Shown piece after piece: positions 8,102 through 15,164 of a DNA stretch of 15,164 bases. Every line of letters begins with the position of its first letter. Position 1 is the stretch's first letter. Under the pieces are notes generated by a model. That model had not been told where the DNA came from, searched no databases, and was given only the letters and a program-made list of their open reading frames with translations. Origin of the DNA: Deltaproteobacteria bacterium (lineage in GTDB: Bacteria > Myxococcota_A > UBA9160 > SMWR01); contig JAQBHB010000070.1 in NCBI GenBank assembly GCA_032128115.1, forward strand, positions 1 to 15,164, in the 5' to 3' direction. Both the position numbers and the translations under genes were made by a program.

Positions 8102-9589
8102 CTAGGCGCTGGGGGCGGATGCGGGCAGAACCGGCGGGGGCGCCGCCTTCGCGGGCGAAGGCTTCGTGGCGGCCGACGGACGCCGATCCGGGCTGGTGCC
8201 CGGTGCTGCGGGGTCGAAGCGCCGCAGGAACACCGTGAAGGTGGTGCCGCGGCCGGGCTCCACCGCGACCGACAGGTCGCCACCGCTGCGCTGCAGGATG
8301 CGGTAGACGGTGGACACGTGGAGCCGCTCGACGACTTCGCCATTGCCGATGGTGCCGTTCTCGGCGGGCTCGAATACCCGTGCGAGCGTGTCGGCGTCGA
8401 TCCCGTTGCCCGTGTCGCGGACCGAGAGGGTGACGTAGCGGTCCGGCGCGGTCACGCTCATCTCGCCCGCGCTGCGGGAGGCGATCTCGAGATTCGCGGT
8501 GGACAGCACCAGGCTCCCGCCCTCGGTCATGGCTTCCATGCCGTTGGCCACCAGGCTGTGAATTACCTTGTCCAGCGGCACACCCGGCGCGTGCGCCGTC
8601 TCCAGGTCGTCTGCCAGCGACAGGGTGAGATCCACGCGATCGCCGGCCAGGCGGCGCAGCTTGGACTCGAGGCGGCGCAGCGATGCGTTCACGTCGGTGC
8701 CCCGGCGAGCCGGGGGCGGGCGCCTGCGCGCCGAGGCCGTTGCTGCTTCGACGGCCTGTGTGGCGGCCGCCGCCTCCAGGGCTTCGGCCTTCGCGGCCAC
8801 TTCGGCTGTCGCCCGCGTGCTCCGCTCGATTTCGGTGGCCACCCACTGCCCCATCAGACCCACCAGGTCCTTCTCCGTGGCCGAGAACCGCTCGGGTCGG
8901 GAATTGATGCCCCCGAAGCCCAGGGTCCCGTAGAGTTCTCCGCCCACGCGAATCGCCGTGGCCAGGTAGGCCTGGAAGCCGAAGGCCGAGGTGGCGGGGT
9001 GGTCGGCGCGCGCGGCGCCGTTCACGCGCTCGATCCCGATGGGGCGCTCGGAGGCGATGGCGTCCTTGCAGTAGCTGCCCTCCAGCGGGAACGCGGTTCC
9101 CGCCGCCACGGGAAAGGCGTCCGAGGACGAGATCGCCACGACCCGCGTCTGCTGGTCGTGTACCTGGCACACGACACCCACCTGGAGGCCAAACGAGGCA
9201 CGCCCCACCTCGAGCAGCGCCGACAGGCGCTGATCCGGGTCGAGCTTGTCGTCACCGCTGATCTCCGCGAGGGAGCGGATGGCGTGCATGCTGTCCCAGT
9301 GCAGCGCCTCGACCCGATCGCGTTCGACGGCCATGTCGGCCAGTGCGCCCAGCGCCAGCAACCCGAGCACCGAGGCCAGCAGTGCCGCCGCCCCCCCCGC
9401 CGTCGCAGCGTTGGCCGCCAGGGGTTCACCCCACTGCGCTTCCAACGCCACACCCTCCACGACACCCAGCACCACGAACAGTGTGGTGAGCAGTGCGACG
9501 CGTGGCTCCCCGCTTCGCACCAGCAACAGCAGGGACCACGCAGCCGCCACCAACAATACGGCGAGCGAAACCAGGTGAAGGGCGCTCAA
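8102..9589 (-). CDS. Membrane GAF-HATPase_c sensor protein, histidine-kinase-like but degenerate
   Basis: About 3 TM helices; GAF (SYC, HP, AYLATAIRVGGELYGTLGF, FSATEKDLV); HATPase N box (SLVANGMEAM), G1 (VRDTGNGID), FEP and G3 (PGRGTTFTVFL). TTG start with GGAG SD. No H-box. Confidence 0.8.
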   Translation of the reverse strand: MSALHLVSLAVLLVAAAWSLLLLVRSGEPRVALLTTLFVVLGVVEGVALEAQWGEPLAANAATAGGAAALLASVLGLLALGALADMAVERDRVEALHWDSMHAIRSLAEISGDDKLDPDQRLSALLEVGRASFGLQVGVVCQVHDQQTRVVAISSSDAFPVAAGTAFPLEGSYCKDAIASERPIGIERVNGAARADHPATSAFGFQAYLATAIRVGGELYGTLGFGGINSRPERFSATEKDLVGLMGQWVATEIERSTRATAEVAAKAEALEAAAATQAVEAATASARRRPPPARRGTDVNASLRRLESKLRRLAGDRVDLTLSLADDLETAHAPGVPLDKVIHSLVANGMEAMTEGGSLVLSTANLEIASRSAGEMSVTAPDRYVTLSVRDTGNGIDADTLARVFEPAENGTIGNGEVVERLHVSTVYRILQRSGGDLSVAVEPGRGTTFTVFLRRFDPAAPGTSPDRRPSAATKPSPAKAAPPPVLPASAPSA

Positions 9590-9660
9590 ACGTCGTTCTC
9601 CGTCTCAGTGCACGAAGAAATTCAACTGGAGGATGATCGGGGGAGGGCTGCGATCGGACA

Positions 9661-9666
9661 ATCCTA
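9661..9666 (-). promoter_or_regulatory. Putative -10 box for the sensor gene in the divergent intergenic region
   Basis: TAGGAT on the minus strand, about 70 nt upstream of TTG 9589. Confidence 0.3.
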
Positions 9667-9721
9667 GCGGATCCCGAAGCCCTCCGGTAAAGAACTCGCG
9701 GAACGCGCACGGAGAAGATTC

Positions 9722-10609
9722 TTGACTTTTCGGCGCATCGTCGGACTCGGGTTGTGCGTGATGGATCACGTGTACGTGGTCGAACATCTGGACTGGGCTG
9801 GCACCAGACTGCGTTACAGCGACTGTCTCGTGGCGCCTGGCGGCATGACGGGAACGGCGCTGCGCCAGGCCGCACGCCTGGGGTGTAATTCCCACGTGCT
9901 CTCGATCGTGGGCGATGATGACAACGGCCACCGTGTGCGGCGCGCGCTGGCCTCCGCAGGCGTGAAGACCGGGCGGCTGCGCCAGGAGCGCGCGTTTCCC
10001 ACCACTGTCGCGGTGGTCCTGGTCAAGCGGCGGGGTGGGGAGCGGCGATTCCTGGTACCCGACCGCCGCGATCTCGAGCGCCGGGCACCGGAACTGGACC
10101 TTTCGGTGATCGATCGCCGAACGCTGTTGATGGTGGATGGCCATTTTCCGGCTCAGGCGCGGCGCGCGGTCGAACACGCGCATCGGGTGGGCGCGCAGGT
10201 GATGGGCGACTTCCATCGCGTGAGCCACACGGCGCGTGCACTGCTGCCTTTCGTGGACCTTCCCGTGGTGCCGCTCGAGTTTGCCCGGGCCTATGGAGAT
10301 GGCGATCCGCGTCGCGCCATCCGTCGACTCCGCGAGCGCTTCGGAGGCACTCCCGTCGTGACCCAGGGCGCGCGAGGAGGAATCTACTGGGACGGGGTGC
10401 GCATCCGGCGCTTTCGTCCCCACGGCGTCCGCGTGGTGGACACCACCGGCGCCGGCGACGTCTTCCACGGCGCGCTGGCCGCGGGTCTCTACGCCGACCG
10501 ATCGCTTCCGGACGCCCTGGATCTGGCTGCGAGGGCGGCTTCGCTCGCCTGCACGGCGCTGGGGGGCGGCAGCCGCCTGATGCGGCGCGACGAGATGGCT
10601 TCGAGCTGA
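9722..10609 (+). CDS. PfkB/ribokinase-family carbohydrate kinase
   Basis: VGLGLCVMD, PGG, VGDDDNG, GERR, VVTQGARG, DTTGAGDVFHGA signature; GGAG SD before TTG. Confidence 0.93.
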   Translation: MTFRRIVGLGLCVMDHVYVVEHLDWAGTRLRYSDCLVAPGGMTGTALRQAARLGCNSHVLSIVGDDDNGHRVRRALASAGVKTGRLRQERAFPTTVAVVLVKRRGGERRFLVPDRRDLERRAPELDLSVIDRRTLLMVDGHFPAQARRAVEHAHRVGAQVMGDFHRVSHTARALLPFVDLPVVPLEFARAYGDGDPRRAIRRLRERFGGTPVVTQGARGGIYWDGVRIRRFRPHGVRVVDTTGAGDVFHGALAAGLYADRSLPDALDLAARAASLACTALGGGSRLMRRDEMASS

Positions 10610-10615
10610 CGCGGC

Positions 10616-10885
10616 CTACGGAACCAGGGTCTGGAGCTGGTCGATGGCGTGGACCGGGGCGGCGTCGCCCTTCATCAGATGAGCGATCGCGGCGTAGACC
10701 CGCTGCTGTTGCTGTACCCGCGACTGATCGGCGAACACGGGGCTCACCACCCGGATCTCGAAGTGGCCGGGGCCCGCGGCGCGCACCCTCACGTCCGCTC
10801 CCTCGATGGCCGACTCGATGGCACTCTGTAGATCGCGGACCACTTTGCCCGGGTCGCTGGGCTCGCTGAGGATGCGCAGGGCCAT
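10616..10885 (-). CDS. BolA/IbaG family protein
   Basis: 89 aa; GHFEIRVVSPVFA..SRVQQQQRVYAAI and HAI motifs. Confidence 0.9.
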   Translation of the reverse strand: MALRILSEPSDPGKVVRDLQSAIESAIEGADVRVRAAGPGHFEIRVVSPVFADQSRVQQQQRVYAAIAHLMKGDAAPVHAIDQLQTLVP

Positions 10886-10887
10886 GT

Positions 10888-12918
10888 TCAGCTGGTGAGC
10901 GCCACCAGGTCGATCAGGACCCGGAGGGCTTCCTCGAGCTGCGGGGTGGGCGGCTCCTCCTTGGCTTCGCCGTCCGAGGCGCCTTCCGGTGCGTCGGAGC
11001 CCGCCTGGGCCTCCTTCGACGTCGCCTCCGACCGCTCCTTGAGGACTTCTTCCAGGCGAACCACGCCACCGTTCGCGCGAGCCTTCTCCAGCTGCTCCTG
11101 GACTTCGGTGAAGTCTTCGCTGCTGGCGATCCTCGCCTGGGATCGCTTCACCAGCTCGGTCACCACTGCGGGGCTCACCGGGCGCCAGTGGGCCGACGCG
11201 GCCTCCCCGTTGGCCTGACTGCCCAGGAACGGTGCGACATGCTGGTTTTCCAGCGAGTACAGCTGGCTCGCCTCGCCGAAGTCGTCGCCGCTCAGCAGCG
11301 ACGGGATCACCACGTCGGCCGCGACTCCGTCGTTTTGTGTGGACCTGCCACCGGGGCGGAAGAACAGCTGGGTCGTGACCTTGAGCGCACCCTCGGCCCC
11401 GCCAGTGGGGTACTCGGCCACGGTCTGAACGGTTCCCTTGCCGAAGGTGTGGTCGTCGCCGGCGATCACGGCGCGCTTGTAGTCCTTGAGAGCGCCGGCC
11501 AGGATCTCCGAAGCCGAGGCGCTGGCCCGGGAGGTGTGCACCACCATCGGCCCCGAGTAGAGGACCCGGGAGTCCCGGTCGGCCTGCATCTGCTGCTGGC
11601 CCCGCGAGTTCTCGATGCTCACCACCTCGCCTTCCTTGATGAAAAAGCCCGAGATGGTGACCGCATGGGGAAGCAGGCCCCCCCCGTTTCGCGACAGGTC
11701 CAGGAGCAGGCCGTCGGCCTTCTCCTCGTTCACCTGGCGCAAGAGTCTGGCCACGTCGTTGGTGCTCTGTCTCTTGCCCGGGTCCGGGTCGCCGTAGAAC
11801 GAGGGCAAGTCGAGGATTGCCAGCTTCAACGTGCGGTCGCCCACCTGGTGGTCCTCGAAGCGGAGCTTGGCTGCGTAGTCCGAAAGATCGATCTCGTCGC
11901 GCACGATCGTGACGGAGAAGCGCTCGGTCTTTCCTCCCTCGCGCAGGACGGTGAGACCGACCTTGGTGCCCTTCTTTCCCCGGATCAGGCCCACCGAATC
12001 GCGCAGGGGCATGTCGATGATGTCGACGAACTCACCGCCGTCCTCTGCCACGGCGATGATCTTGTCCTTGGGCCGGAGCACCTTGTGTCGATCGGCGGCT
12101 CCGCCCGGAATGATCCGCTCCGCCACCGCGTAGCCGTCGCGCTCCGACAGGGCCACCCCGATGCCCTCCAGCGACAGCGACATGTTGATGCGGAAATCCT
12201 CGAGTACCTCGGCAGAGAGGTAGCTGGAGTGCGGATCCAGCGATGCTGCGAACGAATCTACGAACTGGGCGTAGAGTTCCTTGGGCTCGATCTCGATCAG
12301 GTGCTTGTCGCGCAGTTCGTAACGCCGGACCAGGCGCCGCCGGGCTTCCACCTCGGTCTCGCCCGCCAGCAGGTAGTTCGAGAACTGGAAGTGGATGCGA
12401 CTGTGGAGCAGCGCGTCGCGCTCGGCTTCGGTCTTGGGATAGCCGCGCTCTTCCGGGTCCAGGACCCAGCTGACGGATTCGTCCAGCGCGAAGTCTTCGG
12501 CGCCGACGACCTTGCGGACCTTCTCGGTGGTGGCCTTCTGGTGGGCCAGCATCGAGCCGTTGGCCGCCAGCAGGCGCTCGCAGTTTCCGGCTTCGATCTC
12601 CTCGAAGATGTCGCTCATCGACCCCTTCATGGCGTCGCTTTCGCTCTGCAGGAACAGCGTTCTCGAGGGATCGAGTCGCTTCAGATAGGAGTCGACCGCG
12701 CGTGCCTCGATCTCGTCGCTCCGGCGCCGGTAGTGCACGTGGTACTTGAGGAACGCGTCGAGCAGCTCGGGGATCTGCTCGCAGCGCAGGTCCGCAGCGG
12801 CGGGCGCCGGCAGTCCGGCCAACGCCGCCGCAGCCAGCAGAGAGCCCAGCCGCCCCGTTCTGGAGCGCTTCCTGGAGCGCTTCGGGAAGTGGCGAGCAGT
12901 GGATCGGGATCTCTTCAC
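10888..12918 (-). CDS. prc: Carboxy-terminal processing (tail-specific) protease, peptidase S41, Tsp/Prc-like
   Basis: Signal peptide; LDPSRTLFL and LDPHSSYL; PDZ (EGIGVAL, IRGKKGTKV); LDLSRNGGG; SASASEI (Ser); TFGKGTVQ (Lys); STQNDGV. GTG 12918 chosen as the start within ORF 10888..13329. Confidence 0.92.
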   Translation of the reverse strand: MKRSRSTARHFPKRSRKRSRTGRLGSLLAAAALAGLPAPAAADLRCEQIPELLDAFLKYHVHYRRRSDEIEARAVDSYLKRLDPSRTLFLQSESDAMKGSMSDIFEEIEAGNCERLLAANGSMLAHQKATTEKVRKVVGAEDFALDESVSWVLDPEERGYPKTEAERDALLHSRIHFQFSNYLLAGETEVEARRRLVRRYELRDKHLIEIEPKELYAQFVDSFAASLDPHSSYLSAEVLEDFRINMSLSLEGIGVALSERDGYAVAERIIPGGAADRHKVLRPKDKIIAVAEDGGEFVDIIDMPLRDSVGLIRGKKGTKVGLTVLREGGKTERFSVTIVRDEIDLSDYAAKLRFEDHQVGDRTLKLAILDLPSFYGDPDPGKRQSTNDVARLLRQVNEEKADGLLLDLSRNGGGLLPHAVTISGFFIKEGEVVSIENSRGQQQMQADRDSRVLYSGPMVVHTSRASASASEILAGALKDYKRAVIAGDDHTFGKGTVQTVAEYPTGGAEGALKVTTQLFFRPGGRSTQNDGVAADVVIPSLLSGDDFGEASQLYSLENQHVAPFLGSQANGEAASAHWRPVSPAVVTELVKRSQARIASSEDFTEVQEQLEKARANGGVVRLEEVLKERSEATSKEAQAGSDAPEGASDGEAKEEPPTPQLEEALRVLIDLVALTS
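12860..12883. repeat. Perfect 12-bp tandem duplication in the protease signal-peptide n-region
   Basis: CTGGAGCGCTTC x2, giving KRSR-KRSR. Confidence 0.9.
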
Positions 12919-12925
12919 GGCCCAT

Positions 12926-12931
12926 AGCGTA
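12926..12931 (-). promoter_or_regulatory. Putative -10 box, leaderless start for prc
   Basis: TACGCT on the minus strand, 7 nt upstream of GTG 12918; no SD sequence. Confidence 0.4.
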
Positions 12932-13101
12932 GCCGACACGACAGGTCCCACAGGGGGCGGGTGCCTCGCGGAAGGAGCGCCGTCAGAGGTCGGGCGACAC
13001 CCTCGCGGGCCGGCAATTTCGTCCACAAACCGTCGTTTTATTAGGGGATTCTGCGTGATTTTGCGCCCGTCCGGGCTAGCGTCTGACCCTGGGGGTTCCG
13101 C

Positions 13102-13908
13102 ATGCGGATGGCAATCCGCCTGGCGATCGCTGCGATCTGCGCCGGTGCGCTGATCGTTGCCATTCTCGCGTTCGCCATCGACACGGTGGCGAGGCGCGCA
13201 GTCGAACGCAGCGCGGGTCGCGCGCTCGGCGTCGCGATTCACGTGGACTCGCTGAGCCTGGGGCTCGTACTCGGCGGCGGACACATCAAGGGCGTGCAAG
13301 TAGACAATCCGCCCGGGTTCTCGCCGCAACCGTTCCTGTCCCTGCAGCGCGGTTACGTGCAGACCACACTGGGTTCACTTCGCGGCGACACGGTGCATGT
13401 GGGCACCTTCACGCTCGACGGTGTGGACCTGGTGCTGGAGAGCGCCCAGGCGAGCGCCAACTATGGCGCCATTCTCGAGAACCTGGACCAGCTCGAGACC
13501 GAGAGCGCACAGCCGTTGCGGCTGGCGCAGACCTTCTCGATCGGAGAGCTGGTGATCCGGGACCTGATCGTTAGCGTGGAGGGCGATCTGGAGTCACCGG
13601 ATGCCCGTTCGGTGGTTTCGATTCCGGAGGTGGTGGTGGTTGACATCGCCGGTGTCGGTCTTCCGGAGCTCGCCGGCGTGGTGGTCGAGGCAATCCTCCA
13701 GGCGGCCGGGCGTGAGGGTGAAGGTCTGCCGGAATCCCTGCGCCAGGAGCTGCAGGCGGCGCTGGAACGCGTGAACGAAATCGATCGGACCCAGAGCGGT
13801 GCCGGGCCCGTCATCCAAAAAGCTGCCGCCGACTTCCCCGACCTGACGTCGGCCTTCGACGGCCTGCCCGGTGTCTCGCTTCCCGGACTGCCCCGGCGAA
13901 ACCAGTAA
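13102..13908 (+). CDS. AsmA-like/DUF748-type membrane-anchored hypothetical protein
   Basis: N-terminal TM anchor, then R.AVE...RALGV.I.V.SLSL, GVQVDNPPGF, and beta-rich LDGVDLVLE....NY..IL.NL. Confidence 0.65.
   Translation: MRMAIRLAIAAICAGALIVAILAFAIDTVARRAVERSAGRALGVAIHVDSLSLGLVLGGGHIKGVQVDNPPGFSPQPFLSLQRGYVQTTLGSLRGDTVHVGTFTLDGVDLVLESAQASANYGAILENLDQLETESAQPLRLAQTFSIGELVIRDLIVSVEGDLESPDARSVVSIPEVVVVDIAGVGLPELAGVVVEAILQAAGREGEGLPESLRQELQAALERVNEIDRTQSGAGPVIQKAAADFPDLTSAFDGLPGVSLPGLPRRNQ

Positions 13909-15164
<1,256 letters not shown>

Noticed and set aside
8088..9170. 894-aa ORF as a sensor-phosphoesterase fusion
   Set aside because: The extension overlaps the sensor gene out of frame, and a clear signal peptide begins at ATG 8087.
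12919..13329. 5' extension of the Prc ORF
   Set aside because: It crosses the divergent intergenic region and the opposite-strand gene, and has no protease-like sequence.

Overview
High-GC bacterial chromosomal DNA, densely coding and mostly housekeeping or envelope genes. The PEP-CTERM gene and gene mix suggest a Gram-negative organism, perhaps Myxococcota/deltaproteobacterial (weak inference). Gene order: Xre/MbcA/ParS-type antitoxin with a twin-palindrome operator, C-terminally truncated and joined directly to an N-terminally truncated APH-family phosphotransferase with no RES toxin; NlpC/P60 lipoprotein; GT39/ArnT-like membrane glycosyltransferase with an in-frame TAG and an 18-bp duplication; Tat-exported PhoX coupled to a PEP-CTERM protein; enoyl-CoA hydratase; a 26-bp inverted-repeat REP/MITE-like element; secreted calcineurin-like metallophosphoesterase; TM-GAF-HATPase protein lacking an H-box and G2 box (probable pseudo-histidine kinase); PfkB kinase; BolA; Tsp/Prc protease; AsmA-like protein; partial ahcY. 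No rRNA, tRNA, CRISPR array or transposase was seen, and no clearly new multi-gene system is demonstrable. The best leads are the antitoxin/kinase junction, the pseudo-kinase upstream of a phosphatase-rich run, and the inverted-repeat element. All family calls come from motif recognition by eye, with no database searches.
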